Shown here in pieces: positions 10,096 to 20,358 of a stretch of 64,000 bases of DNA. The position numbers and the translations under genes are program-made. The notes beneath the pieces were generated by a model that did no database searches, was not told where the DNA came from, and saw nothing but the letters and a program-made list of their open reading frames with translations. Within the stretch, counting starts at the first letter, position 1; the number at the start of each line of letters is the position of its first letter. Origin of the DNA: a virus (Duplodnaviria; Caudoviricetes); IMG/VR virus record IMGVR_UViG_3300028591_000130, positions 32,001 to 96,000 of that record; one strand, 5' to 3'.

Positions 10096-12063
10096 TTGTC
10101 TACAGTTAGGTTCGTTGACAAAGATACGTTATACAGCAGCGAACGATCAACTGCTCAAGAAGTTAACTATCCTGTAGCTACTGTGGTGTACGCAGTATCT
10201 ACCGAACTTCCTGTTAAGCTGCCAAAAAATGTACTTTTATACACTACTGACACAAGAGAATTGTATATCGGTACAGGCGATAAATTGGTCAGAGTTAACA
10301 TAGGCTCAGACGGTGCTGTTGTAAGCTTGGCTGACTACCTGACAGAAGCACAGTTAGGTAATACCTACACAAAACTTGAACGTTTTAATCCCGTCAAAGA
10401 TCAAGTAGACGCACTTAATGTTCAGCTTGGTCGTCTGCAAGACTCTATTAGTACCGTCAATATCAAACTTGACAATAAAGTTGATGACGATGATATCTTT
10501 ACAGTCAGAGAGATGCAGAACACCTTTGTTAAGAATGAACAGTTTATTAACGGTCTTGACAATAAAGTTAACGTACGTGTTAATGATCAGGGCAATGAGT
10601 CATATCACGTTAACACTAAAGACGGATCTGTAATCCAGTTTATTAACGGTCAAACGAAGATAACGTCAAAAGTCAGTGTTCAAAAAGATAATGTTACGTT
10701 ACAAGCTTTAAATAACTCTAACTTGGGTAGTCGTTTGTTCGTTAAACAGACCGGTATCTTTTATACCGAAGACCAAGAGACACCAAAAGAAAAAGACAGA
10801 CTGGCCACACAAGACGATATTGACAAGTTACAAAATATGTACAGTGATCTGGTATCAAGAGTAGAAGGTATTGAGATACAGCACGGGCAGGTTAAGGCAC
10901 AAACTGACAGTTTTGAACTTAACCTTGCTCGTATGATTGCATCTTTGGAAGCAGCAAGTGCTGACGCCACCGAAATAAGAGATATTGCAACAAGAGCAGA
11001 CAACCTGGCAAGTGTTACTAACAATAACTATATTGACTTGTATAACACGGTAGGTTCTTTAAATTCTGCTGTGCAAAACATATCTTCTACAGCGCAAGCT
11101 GCCTATACCGACGCAAACTGGAGTTCTGATGCCATAGCACAATATCGTCTTGAAAATGACGCAAGGGTTACCACTCTTGAACAAAGTCTTGACAGGTATA
11201 TGGGTGCACAAGTTATTTATAGCGTCATAGATAACCCTGCAGCAAAAGTTATCACAAATATTGTGCCCGGTTATTACGTTAATAATCCTGTTAATATTCT
11301 TGAAGTTCCTTACGGCACTAAAGATATTGCCAGTAAGATAGCAGCTGTTGATGCCGATAACGTTCTTGTAGCTGCAGTTACCGAAAGTGATATGCCTTTA
11401 ACTGTACCTGCGGGTATATCTTGGGACTTCACTATGTACAATCCTACAAATTATCAAACAGCTGTAGTTTACGCAGGTAATATTAAAGAAACGGCAGATC
11501 TTAAATTGCCTGTCGGCAGTACGCTAAGACCGCAGATTGTTATCAAGGTTAAAGCACCTGACAATATCTTACCTGTTGACATAGCTGATAACGGATGGAT
11601 TGAGTACTTTGTTATGCCTATTAACTGTTATATGGTTAGAGATTTCGCATCTTCATTTATCCAAAAGAGCATAGGATCTGAAGAACTTATGGGTATAGAT
11701 CAGAACGGCGAACCTGTTATTCGTACTGTACGTCTGGATCTCGTAGGTGCACTTAACGAAAGAGACGAGACACAAGAAAATCCGGTTCTAAAGACCTATA
11801 CAGACTTAACGGATACAACTGACGTTCTTGACAGTAAGTTTATATCCAAATATCCTGAAGGTTTGGAAGTTCCTGTCAGACTCAACAATGAAGACACCTT
11901 TGATGAGTATGAAACAGAATGTTATCACGCAGGTGCGTTTATCAGCAACGGTGCATTCTGGTATAACCAAGATTCTGACTGTCTTGTGTTTGATAACAGA
12001 AGTCCTGTTAACTTGGTTTACAAGATATATACTATTAGTCCTTCTTCTGAAGGAGGTGCGTAA
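10096..12063 (+). CDS. Tail-fibre-like protein with Mtd_N/hyaluronidase-N-like domain
   Basis: LLYTTDTRELYIGTG motif near N-terminus; coiled-coil middle; TTG start with AAGGAGG. Confidence 0.65.
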   Translation: MSTVRFVDKDTLYSSERSTAQEVNYPVATVVYAVSTELPVKLPKNVLLYTTDTRELYIGTGDKLVRVNIGSDGAVVSLADYLTEAQLGNTYTKLERFNPVKDQVDALNVQLGRLQDSISTVNIKLDNKVDDDDIFTVREMQNTFVKNEQFINGLDNKVNVRVNDQGNESYHVNTKDGSVIQFINGQTKITSKVSVQKDNVTLQALNNSNLGSRLFVKQTGIFYTEDQETPKEKDRLATQDDIDKLQNMYSDLVSRVEGIEIQHGQVKAQTDSFELNLARMIASLEAASADATEIRDIATRADNLASVTNNNYIDLYNTVGSLNSAVQNISSTAQAAYTDANWSSDAIAQYRLENDARVTTLEQSLDRYMGAQVIYSVIDNPAAKVITNIVPGYYVNNPVNILEVPYGTKDIASKIAAVDADNVLVAAVTESDMPLTVPAGISWDFTMYNPTNYQTAVVYAGNIKETADLKLPVGSTLRPQIVIKVKAPDNILPVDIADNGWIEYFVMPINCYMVRDFASSFIQKSIGSEELMGIDQNGEPVIRTVRLDLVGALNERDETQENPVLKTYTDLTDTTDVLDSKFISKYPEGLEVPVRLNNEDTFDEYETECYHAGAFISNGAFWYNQDSDCLVFDNRSPVNLVYKIYTISPSSEGGA

Positions 12064-12065
12064 GA

Positions 12066-12680
12066 ATGAGTACAGTTACAAGAGCTGATATCGAAGAACT
12101 TAAAAATTACTTACAAAAAATAGTTCTTGCAGACAATCTTTCTTCTAATCCGGAACTCAGATCTCACGCATTACTTGAAAAGAATGCCAAGCTTGAAACG
12201 TCAACCAAGACTGTCATAGGCGCCATTAACGAACTTGTAAGACGTATTAACACAGAGACTAAAAGTAATCGTCAAGTTATTATGTCCTTGCTCAGACTGG
12301 TAGGAGACCCTTACCTGCACCCTAATCTTGTTGATCAGGTATTACGACAAAGTACGTCACTAACCCAAATGGTATTAGACTTAACACGTAAAGTTAACGA
12401 AGTCAAAAATGCGTCAAGGACAGTTTACTATCAAGTATTTTCTGTTACCAACAACGACTATCTCAATAACTTTACGTATAAGCTTGATCATGTGCCGGTA
12501 AAAGAGTCAGTTAAGTTTATCCTTAACGGTGTAACCTATATTAAGGGATTTATTGTTAATCCTAATGAGTGTACTGTTCAATGGACAGACACAAAGGAAG
12601 CAATGGGTGCAGCAGGTATTACACCTGAGGTTGATTCAAGCATTATGATAGAGTATGTAGGCATAGAAGTGGAGGATTAA
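12066..12680 (+). CDS. Small tail protein
   Basis: LETSTKTVIGAINEL fibre motif plus C-terminal VKFILNGVTY beta-module. Confidence 0.6.
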   Translation: MSTVTRADIEELKNYLQKIVLADNLSSNPELRSHALLEKNAKLETSTKTVIGAINELVRRINTETKSNRQVIMSLLRLVGDPYLHPNLVDQVLRQSTSLTQMVLDLTRKVNEVKNASRTVYYQVFSVTNNDYLNNFTYKLDHVPVKESVKFILNGVTYIKGFIVNPNECTVQWTDTKEAMGAAGITPEVDSSIMIEYVGIEVED

Positions 12681-12683
12681 GAT

Positions 12684-14852
12684 ATGGCTTCAACGTTAAA
12701 ATTCACAGGTAACGTTACAGGACAAATTAAGGCAAGGGGATCTTACGTTACAAAAAGTTATCCTACAAGTGCAATCCTATACACTACAAGTACAGAGTTG
12801 CCGGAAAAACTTGACGAAAATGCACTGATCTTCACAACCGATACTGCTGAACTTTTTGTAGGTACCAAGACAGGTATTCAAAAGTTAAAACTTGGCAGCG
12901 AAGCTGATCTTAATCCTGCAATTTACCTTACTATTGCTAACGCCAAAAACACCTACCAAACAAAGGAAGGTATGCAAAAGGTTAAGGACGATATCTACGA
13001 AGATATCTACACCTTACAAAATAACGTTTATACCAAGGAAGCTATTAATGACTTTATAGCTAAAGATTATGACAAAGACGGTGTTTTGGATAACCTTCAA
13101 ACTTATACAATGCAACGTATTGATGAGTTGCTTGGTGAAAAGGCAGCTTCTTCTGATATTTACTCCAAAAGAGAAACTAACGAACTCTTGTTGAACAAGG
13201 TAAACTATGATGACTTTACACCTGTTCAAAGCGCAGTTAATGCAATGTCACCCGTATTAACTCGTCTGTCTTCTGATATCACAACGAAGGCAAACAAGGA
13301 TGACGTTTACAGACAAACTGAAATTGACAATAAGTTTGTAGCTGTTAACACAAGCATTCTTGATATCCAAAATAGTGTAACGGCACTTGACGAAGCAGCA
13401 GCCAAACAAGCTGACGTCACAGATACCGTAAGAGAGATAAACAACAGGATTGACGCCCTGGATGACACAAAGACTTCGCTGGCTTACGTTAATGAGCAAG
13501 ATCTTGCTATTAAAACAACAGTTGGCAGTTTGTCTCGTGATCTTTCTGACTTTAAGACTACTGTTTACAACAAAAGTGAAATCGACTCTAAAGTTAGAGA
13601 ACTTAACAGCGCTGTCCAAGATACCAATACTGCTATTAATAACAGTGTTGCTGAAATCAATGAAACAATAGCAACGTTAAGTCACGATATCATAGATAAC
13701 AGCGCTGCAATCGGCAATAATGTTCGTGATATTACCACTAACGCAAGAGATATTGCAAGCGCAGTCATAGATATCAACACGATCAAAAGTACCTTACAAA
13801 CTAAAGCTAACAGCACTGACGTTTATACCAAAATTGAAGTTCAAAATCTTCTCGAAGGTAAAACTGATCTTACCGCCTTGTATCGTACTATAGAAGAGTA
13901 TAACGAACAAACAATCAAGGAAATGTTTGAAAGAGAAGATGCCCTTGACTTAACATTATTCTATACAAAGACTGAAGTTGACAATCTGTTAGCTAACAAA
14001 GCAAGCAGTACTAATCTTGAAACTCTTGTTGAAAGAGTCTCAACCATAGATCGTGACGTTACTCGTATTCTTGAAACAAAGTTACCGGCTATCACTAATG
14101 ATATGTCTACTATGGCAGGACAAATTGACAATGCCTTGTCTACAGTTAACGATAATACTATAGCTGTAAGGTCAGCCAATCGTAATTCTCTTGAAGCTAA
14201 AGTTAACGCTCAAAATGCCGTTGACACAGCAAACAACGCTCTTAATATTGCGAATAGTACTATCGAAAAAGGCGATAAGGCTATTGTTGACTCTGCTGCT
14301 GCACTCAGTGCTGCTACTGATGCTGCTGCTGCAGTTGAAGGTGCAGTCAGAGCTGCAAACAATATCCAAGACTTGATAGCAGGCGTTCAGCTTGAATTCG
14401 CAAACCTTAAGAATAATACAGTGAATACTGCTACCTTTACTGCCGAACTTGCAAAGAAAGCTGATATCGTTGCACTTGAAAATAAGGCAAGCAAAACAGA
14501 ACTTACTACAGGTTTGTCTCTTAAGGCAGACAAAAGTGCACTTGAAGATCTTGCTGACGTTGTAGCAATAAAGAGTACGGTAGAAAGTGCACTTGCTACT
14601 AAAGCTGACACAACAACAGTTGACTCAAAAGTTAGAGAAATAAACAATAGTATAACAAGTATTATAAATAGTGTAGAAGATCTCAATACTAAGCTTGAAG
14701 CTGCCATAAATGATACATCTTACGTTGATACTGCACTTCAAGAGAAGGCTAACATAACTGATGTTTACACAAAAGCTGAAGTTGACGAGATTATTAATGA
14801 TACTGTCAGACAGGTAATGAACACGTTAACCCTTAAGTTATTGGGACAGTAA
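12684..14852 (+). CDS. Long coiled-coil tail fibre with YTKxEVD repeats
   Basis: N-terminal IFTTDTAELFVGT domain paralogous to 10096; repeated KA..DVYTK.E[IV]D units. Confidence 0.7.
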   Translation: MASTLKFTGNVTGQIKARGSYVTKSYPTSAILYTTSTELPEKLDENALIFTTDTAELFVGTKTGIQKLKLGSEADLNPAIYLTIANAKNTYQTKEGMQKVKDDIYEDIYTLQNNVYTKEAINDFIAKDYDKDGVLDNLQTYTMQRIDELLGEKAASSDIYSKRETNELLLNKVNYDDFTPVQSAVNAMSPVLTRLSSDITTKANKDDVYRQTEIDNKFVAVNTSILDIQNSVTALDEAAAKQADVTDTVREINNRIDALDDTKTSLAYVNEQDLAIKTTVGSLSRDLSDFKTTVYNKSEIDSKVRELNSAVQDTNTAINNSVAEINETIATLSHDIIDNSAAIGNNVRDITTNARDIASAVIDINTIKSTLQTKANSTDVYTKIEVQNLLEGKTDLTALYRTIEEYNEQTIKEMFEREDALDLTLFYTKTEVDNLLANKASSTNLETLVERVSTIDRDVTRILETKLPAITNDMSTMAGQIDNALSTVNDNTIAVRSANRNSLEAKVNAQNAVDTANNALNIANSTIEKGDKAIVDSAAALSAATDAAAAVEGAVRAANNIQDLIAGVQLEFANLKNNTVNTATFTAELAKKADIVALENKASKTELTTGLSLKADKSALEDLADVVAIKSTVESALATKADTTTVDSKVREINNSITSIINSVEDLNTKLEAAINDTSYVDTALQEKANITDVYTKAEVDEIINDTVRQVMNTLTLKLLGQ

Positions 14853-14879
14853 TGTCTGAAAAATCGGAGGTATAACAAA

Positions 14880-16577
14880 ATGGCTGAATTAAAAAATCTT
14901 GAAACATTGGCTCAGAATGTTGCTAACGCTGCAGCAGCTGCTCGTACTGCTGATATCAACGCAGCTAAAGCTGACGTTATCAACACAGTAGAAACTACTG
15001 TTGTTGAACGCGTTATCAAAAACACCCTTGACGTTGATATCAATCAGCTTGCTACTAAAGCTGAAGTTACTGCTGTTGCTGACGCTGCGGCGAGCGCACT
15101 TTCTACTGCTATCAGCGGTGTCAATACCACTATCGAAACTAACCGTCAGGCAGCAAGTGATAGTCTCGACAACTATCGTAGTACTGTTAACACAACAGTT
15201 GAAGGTATTAACGCTGATATCCAGGCTAACGCTGACGCTATTGCAGCTAACGGCGCAAGCATTACTCAGCACACTAACGATATCGCACAAGCACAAGCTG
15301 ATATCAGTGCTAACGCTACGGCTATCGAAAATGCTAATGGTCAGATTGCTCTTAAAGCTAACGCAGCTGACGTTTATACCAAGGCAGAAGTTAACGCTCT
15401 TCTCGGCAACGCTGCCAACGTAGAGGAAATCGTCGGTACTTACACTAAGGATAAGATTGACGAACTTCTTGCTCGTGAAATGGACGTTGAGAACACTTAT
15501 TCTCAAGCACAGGCTGACGCAAAGTTTGCAACTATCACAAACCTTAACGCAGCTACCGATCGTGTAACCGAACTTGAGACCAAGTGTGCAACTGTTTTGA
15601 CAAGCGTTCAAGCTAACGCCACTGCAGCAGCTACTGCTAACCAGAACGCTACCGACGCCCTTACAACTGCTAATAGTGCAAAAACTCTTGCTGACGACGC
15701 ACGTACTCGTTCAACAACAGCAAAAGAAATTGCAGAAGAAGCTAAAGGTATTGCCAGCACTGCGTCAGGTAACGCAGCAACAGCTCTTGATACTGCTAAC
15801 ACTGCAGCGTCAACTGCTACTACAGCTGACGGTAAAGCTGATACTGCTGTTACTACGGCAGGTACTGCTGTTACCAAAGCAGAAGCAGCACAAGCTGACG
15901 TAAGCACTCTCTCTGAAGACTTTGAAACTTACAAGACCACGACTGACGCAGCTCTTGCTACTAAGGCAACAACGACTGCACTCTCTGACGCACAGTTTGC
16001 ACTTCAGCAATCTATTAACGCCAAACTTGACACTGCTACTTATAACACAGATATCGCAACCAAAGTTGATACCGAAACCTACGAAGCAGGTATGGCCCTT
16101 AAGCTTGACGCGGCAACATTCCGTGATCATATTGCTGATTCCTATACCAAGGATCAGCTTTACACGAAGTCTGACGTTTATAACCAGACTGAAGTAAACA
16201 ATCTCTTACAAGGGTACGTTACAACTGCTAACCTTCGTACTCTTGAAACTGAACTTTCTTCAACCTTTAATAATAAAATTGATAAGGACGATTATCAAGA
16301 AGATCAAACTGCGTTACAAAACACTATTGCTACTCTCGCTGTTGCAAATACTGTTAACGCAGCTATTGCTCTTAAGGCTGATCAGGCTACCACCTATACC
16401 AAGACTGAAGTTGACGCTGCCATTGCACCCCTTGCTACTACTGCAAATGTAACTGCAGGTCTTGCTCTTAAAGCTGACGCATCTGATACCTATACCAAGG
16501 CTGAAGTTGACGCTGCCATTAACGCGGCCATTGCTGAAGTCCTTGAGACTATCCAAGCACAGCTTGCAGGCGAGTAA
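14880..16577 (+). CDS. Ala/Thr-rich coiled-coil tail fibre with LKAD...YTKAEVD repeats
   Basis: 565 aa; repeats also visible in DNA (acctataccaagRctgaagttgacgctgccatt at about 16392 and 16488). Confidence 0.7.
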   Translation: MAELKNLETLAQNVANAAAAARTADINAAKADVINTVETTVVERVIKNTLDVDINQLATKAEVTAVADAAASALSTAISGVNTTIETNRQAASDSLDNYRSTVNTTVEGINADIQANADAIAANGASITQHTNDIAQAQADISANATAIENANGQIALKANAADVYTKAEVNALLGNAANVEEIVGTYTKDKIDELLAREMDVENTYSQAQADAKFATITNLNAATDRVTELETKCATVLTSVQANATAAATANQNATDALTTANSAKTLADDARTRSTTAKEIAEEAKGIASTASGNAATALDTANTAASTATTADGKADTAVTTAGTAVTKAEAAQADVSTLSEDFETYKTTTDAALATKATTTALSDAQFALQQSINAKLDTATYNTDIATKVDTETYEAGMALKLDAATFRDHIADSYTKDQLYTKSDVYNQTEVNNLLQGYVTTANLRTLETELSSTFNNKIDKDDYQEDQTALQNTIATLAVANTVNAAIALKADQATTYTKTEVDAAIAPLATTANVTAGLALKADASDTYTKAEVDAAINAAIAEVLETIQAQLAGE

Positions 16578-16609
16578 TCTTAATAGACTATATTATAGTT
16601 AGATAAAAT

Positions 16610-16682
16610 AACCGGAGGTAATCGGAATATAATCTGTACAAAGATAAAGTCCGGTTACCTCCTGTTTTAACAAAAGGAGGTA
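16610..16682 (+). promoter_or_regulatory. Intergenic hairpin containing an anti-Shine-Dalgarno sequence
   Basis: AACCGGAGGTAATCGGA pairs with TCCGGTTACCTCCTGTT; TACCTCCT is also complementary to the RBS AGGAGGTA. Confidence 0.55.
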
Positions 16683-16683
16683 T

Positions 16684-17346
16684 ATGGCTTTGGTTAACTT
16701 ACAAGCGTTAGCACAAAATCTTGCAACCAGCATATCGCAGTCACAAGAAACAAAAATAACGGCAGCTAACGCTGCTACTATCGCTAAAGTTAAAGACGAA
16801 GTAATATCAGATGCCATTAAGGAAAACCTTGGTGTTTCTGCTATGTCAGGATTAGCTACTGACGCTGAACTTACTGCAGCTCTTGCGTCTTACGTTAAGA
16901 CTGATGATATCTTTAAAAACGGATATTTTTATACCAAGAAAGATAACGCTGACGAATCTTACGCTTTGCTTTGGAACGAAAGTGACGGTGGCGGTTCACA
17001 GTACTATAACAAAACAGCTGATATCATTTCTTACGTGGGAACCAATGACGGTAACGCTGACGGTATAGCTGTACAAATTTACTCTAAGTATAAAGACGGT
17101 ATCGGTGACAATACCGTCAAAAACAGTGGGGTTCGTATTAACGTCAATCCTAAAGGAGCTTATTACACTAAAGGTACTGACACAACTGCAACAGGCGGAT
17201 CCGTCGATAACGAGATAGCAGTTAAGGGCGATATTACTGCGTTACTAAACAGGATATCAGATCTTGAAAGTTTGGTTACTACCCTTCAGACAGCTCTTGC
17301 TAACGCTGTTGACGGCAATGGTAACGCAGTCTACTCATTGCCGTAA
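16684..17346 (+). CDS. Short fibre protein (N-terminus paralogous to 14880, core paralogous to 10096)
   Basis: MALVNLQALAQNL vs MAELKNLETLAQNV; NESDGGGSQYYN...GVRINVNPKGAYYT vs NTKDGSVIQFIN...GSRLFVKQTGIFYT. Confidence 0.65.
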   Translation: MALVNLQALAQNLATSISQSQETKITAANAATIAKVKDEVISDAIKENLGVSAMSGLATDAELTAALASYVKTDDIFKNGYFYTKKDNADESYALLWNESDGGGSQYYNKTADIISYVGTNDGNADGIAVQIYSKYKDGIGDNTVKNSGVRINVNPKGAYYTKGTDTTATGGSVDNEIAVKGDITALLNRISDLESLVTTLQTALANAVDGNGNAVYSLP

Positions 17347-17384
17347 AATAAAAATTTCGATATCATAAAGAGGTGTAACATTCT

Positions 17385-20201
17385 ATGGCAATCTTAATTA
17401 AACGAAACCAGATTGATGGTTTGGTAGCAATGTATGATCTGTTGCATCAGATCGACGAAAGCTATCCTGCGTCTAAAGTTACTACTGAAGTCGTTAAAAC
17501 ACCCGGTGACAGCAGTAATCCTCCGGTGTTGTATAATGCTGAAGATCTTGTTGAAGAGTTAAAAACTAACGTTGATAACATAATGGGTGGCGCCAACAAT
17601 ATCAGTCTTCCTGAACTTGAACGCGCCATTGGACAACTTAACGCAGAACTCAACGGCGGCAGTTATTATACTACTGTCGGCGGAACCAGCACGTCAGTTT
17701 TAGGTTTAAAGAATAAACCCATTAAAGACGTAGTACGCCTTGAATACAGCTGGATAGGACCTTCGTCAGGAAGTACGGCTACTCTTGTAAACGGTGAGAA
17801 AACTGCTAATCTTACAAGCAGTGACTCAACTGTTGCAGATCAGAGTGACGTTCTTTATAATACACAGCTTATTCCTTATACTGTTGAAGGTGAACGTATT
17901 GTTTCTTTTGAAAATAATACAGCAGGTGATATCACCTTTAATATCCAGACAGGAACATTCAGCAGTGATCCTTATATTATCGACTTTGAAGGTACGGTAG
18001 GATCTTACGGATCTAACAGGGAAACAGGGGCCGCTGTTGAGCCTGATCAAATTGTTTATAAACGTTTCCAAGGAACCAGCAGTGATCCTGTAAGATTTAA
18101 AGTATTCCCACGTGGCAAGTGGACTATTGAAGATCTTCCTACTAACGCACTTTTAGACAATAACGAACTGCAGCTTATCGCTTATGATCAAGCCTTAAAA
18201 AAGGTCGTTATCCAACTTGCCAAAGATACCAATCTTGTTAACCGGATAATTGAAGCTGTAGGCGTTGAAGCTATTGATGAAGCTATTGCTGCTCACTCTC
18301 AAGTTATAGATAATCGTCTTGATCTTCTTGAAGGTGTAGCTACTCCTGACAATACAACCATACCTGCAAGTGAACAAATAGGCAGAGCAGCAGTCAGATA
18401 TCAGTATGTTCAAGGCGCACCTGCAAAAACTGCCACTGCTTATAACGCAACCGGTGTTGCGTCAACTGCTACAATTAACGCCAGCGCTGAGTCTGTTACA
18501 AAGACCACTGTAGTACCGACAAAGAAATATGTAGATGACGCTATCACAGAAATTAAAACTTATGCCGTAGGCAGCGTCAATGATACGCCTGCCATTAACA
18601 GTAGCGGCTACGTTACTTTAGGTACAGCATTTGCAGAAATCAACGGTATTAAAGACAAGATGTTGTACAAAGATAAACTTATCGTTGGTGTCAAAAGCTC
18701 TCTTACTGCAAGCCAGGCTGTTACAAATAATACTATTGACGAAAAATCTCTTGTTACAAAATTTGCCAGCGTTGACGCAAACCACGCATCGTTAAGAAGT
18801 GATTTTGATCACTTCGTTACAGATCCTGACACTGTTCCTAACTCAGCCAGAGATCTGTTTGTACAATTTAGCGATGACGTTATTAATACATTTACTAAGG
18901 TCACAAAAGTTAATGATACTTATACCTTTGTTGACGCTGATTCTGATCACCCTGACGTCACAGGTATTAGAATCTTTAACGAAAAAACGTCAGAACTTAT
19001 TGATACAATAAAAGAAAACGATGACTCGTCTTACAAATGGAAATATATTGTTACTGCTCCTTCGTATACCGCAGCTACTCCTGCTCTTGCTTATTCTTCT
19101 GAAGAATCACTTAGCAGCAATGGCGGTATTACAGCCAAACCACTGGAAACAGCAGCAAGTCAAAGTACAGCAGTTTTATCTGAGCAATACACACGTTATC
19201 TTATTAGAGAAGAAAAGGAACGTGCCAGCTATAACGAATTACACATCTATCAGGATGCTTACTTGTGGAACAACATTACTAACGGAACTAAGGACACTGA
19301 TAACGTGTCTGTTACTGTTCCTACGTTTAACAGTGTTACCGGTGCGGCAGGCAGTGATACGCTAAAAACGGGCATAGCAACCGCAGCAAATGACAAGACT
19401 GTTGACGAAAAAACTCAAAGCATTAACGTACCTTCTGTTAAGTGGACACAGTATCGTATTGCAGAAGCCAAGAAGATTGCAGAGCTGAGAACAGAGGGTG
19501 TTAGAGACGAACTTCTTGCTCGTATAGCTTATGAACACGTTTACGCTGCTAACGCTCTTGCTGCTGCAGTTGAAGAACTTAATACTACAATAGCAGCGCT
19601 TGACGCCAAAACTTATGACTGGTCTCATATCGTAACAGCGAGCAGTCACGCTGCAATTACCGACTCTGCAGGTGTAACTGTTCAAGCTGCCCTTAATGCT
19701 GAAACCGCTGTATCAGAAAATACGGCTACGGTATCTAAGCAGTATGTGGATCAACAACTTTTGGTACACAAGGCAGAAGCTATCGTTGAAGCACACAATA
19801 TTGCTTATAATCTTGATCGTCGTCTTGACGTTGTTGAAGCTATTACTCCTATAAGAGAAAAACTTTCAGTTAATATTGTAAAAGATAGTGTAACCGGAGA
19901 GGTAACGTCAGAGACCTTTACATTATCGCAAATTCCACTTGACCTTAACGAACTTGTTGTTTCTGTTAACGGTGTTAACTATTACTATTTCGATCAAATC
20001 TTTACAGTCGCCCGTAACGCTAAGGTTGTTACGTGGAAACTTAAGAATGTCAATGGCAGTGCAGGCTTTAATCTTAGCGAAGTTCTTGATAATCCTGCTA
20101 CAGTTGTTGCGTCATACAACTACGTTGCGACCAACAAGCTTACAAACAATAATTACGCAGACAGCGCTCTTGCAACCGTACAAGTCGGTTTTATAGAGTA
20201 A
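17385..20201 (+). CDS. Large fibre/structural protein
   Basis: 938 aa; TKKYVD and SKQYVD fibre motifs; C-terminal LVVSVNGVNY module. Confidence 0.6.
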   Translation: MAILIKRNQIDGLVAMYDLLHQIDESYPASKVTTEVVKTPGDSSNPPVLYNAEDLVEELKTNVDNIMGGANNISLPELERAIGQLNAELNGGSYYTTVGGTSTSVLGLKNKPIKDVVRLEYSWIGPSSGSTATLVNGEKTANLTSSDSTVADQSDVLYNTQLIPYTVEGERIVSFENNTAGDITFNIQTGTFSSDPYIIDFEGTVGSYGSNRETGAAVEPDQIVYKRFQGTSSDPVRFKVFPRGKWTIEDLPTNALLDNNELQLIAYDQALKKVVIQLAKDTNLVNRIIEAVGVEAIDEAIAAHSQVIDNRLDLLEGVATPDNTTIPASEQIGRAAVRYQYVQGAPAKTATAYNATGVASTATINASAESVTKTTVVPTKKYVDDAITEIKTYAVGSVNDTPAINSSGYVTLGTAFAEINGIKDKMLYKDKLIVGVKSSLTASQAVTNNTIDEKSLVTKFASVDANHASLRSDFDHFVTDPDTVPNSARDLFVQFSDDVINTFTKVTKVNDTYTFVDADSDHPDVTGIRIFNEKTSELIDTIKENDDSSYKWKYIVTAPSYTAATPALAYSSEESLSSNGGITAKPLETAASQSTAVLSEQYTRYLIREEKERASYNELHIYQDAYLWNNITNGTKDTDNVSVTVPTFNSVTGAAGSDTLKTGIATAANDKTVDEKTQSINVPSVKWTQYRIAEAKKIAELRTEGVRDELLARIAYEHVYAANALAAAVEELNTTIAALDAKTYDWSHIVTASSHAAITDSAGVTVQAALNAETAVSENTATVSKQYVDQQLLVHKAEAIVEAHNIAYNLDRRLDVVEAITPIREKLSVNIVKDSVTGEVTSETFTLSQIPLDLNELVVSVNGVNYYYFDQIFTVARNAKVVTWKLKNVNGSAGFNLSEVLDNPATVVASYNYVATNKLTNNNYADSALATVQVGFIE

Positions 20202-20240
20202 AAGAAAATAACTGACAGTAAAATAACGCTTATCCTTTGA

Positions 20241-20300
20241 TATAATCCCAAAGCAAAAGACGATCAAAAAATTTTGATCGTCTTTTGCTTTGGGATTATA
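20241..20300. repeat. Perfect 29-bp inverted repeat with 2-nt spacer
   Basis: TATAATCCCAAAGCAAAAGACGATCAAAA-AA-TTTTGATCGTCTTTTGCTTTGGGATTATA. Confidence 0.95.
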
Positions 20301-20358
20301 AAAAGGTAATACTGTTTTTAGAAACTTACAAGAGTTATAAGACAAGGAGGTTAGGGCT

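Noticed and set aside
12684-16577. CRISPR array or DGR template/variable repeats
   Set aside because: The DNA repeats are in-frame copies of the YTKxEVD protein motif. There is no spacer periodicity, no adenine-specific mismatch pair and no reverse transcriptase in the window.
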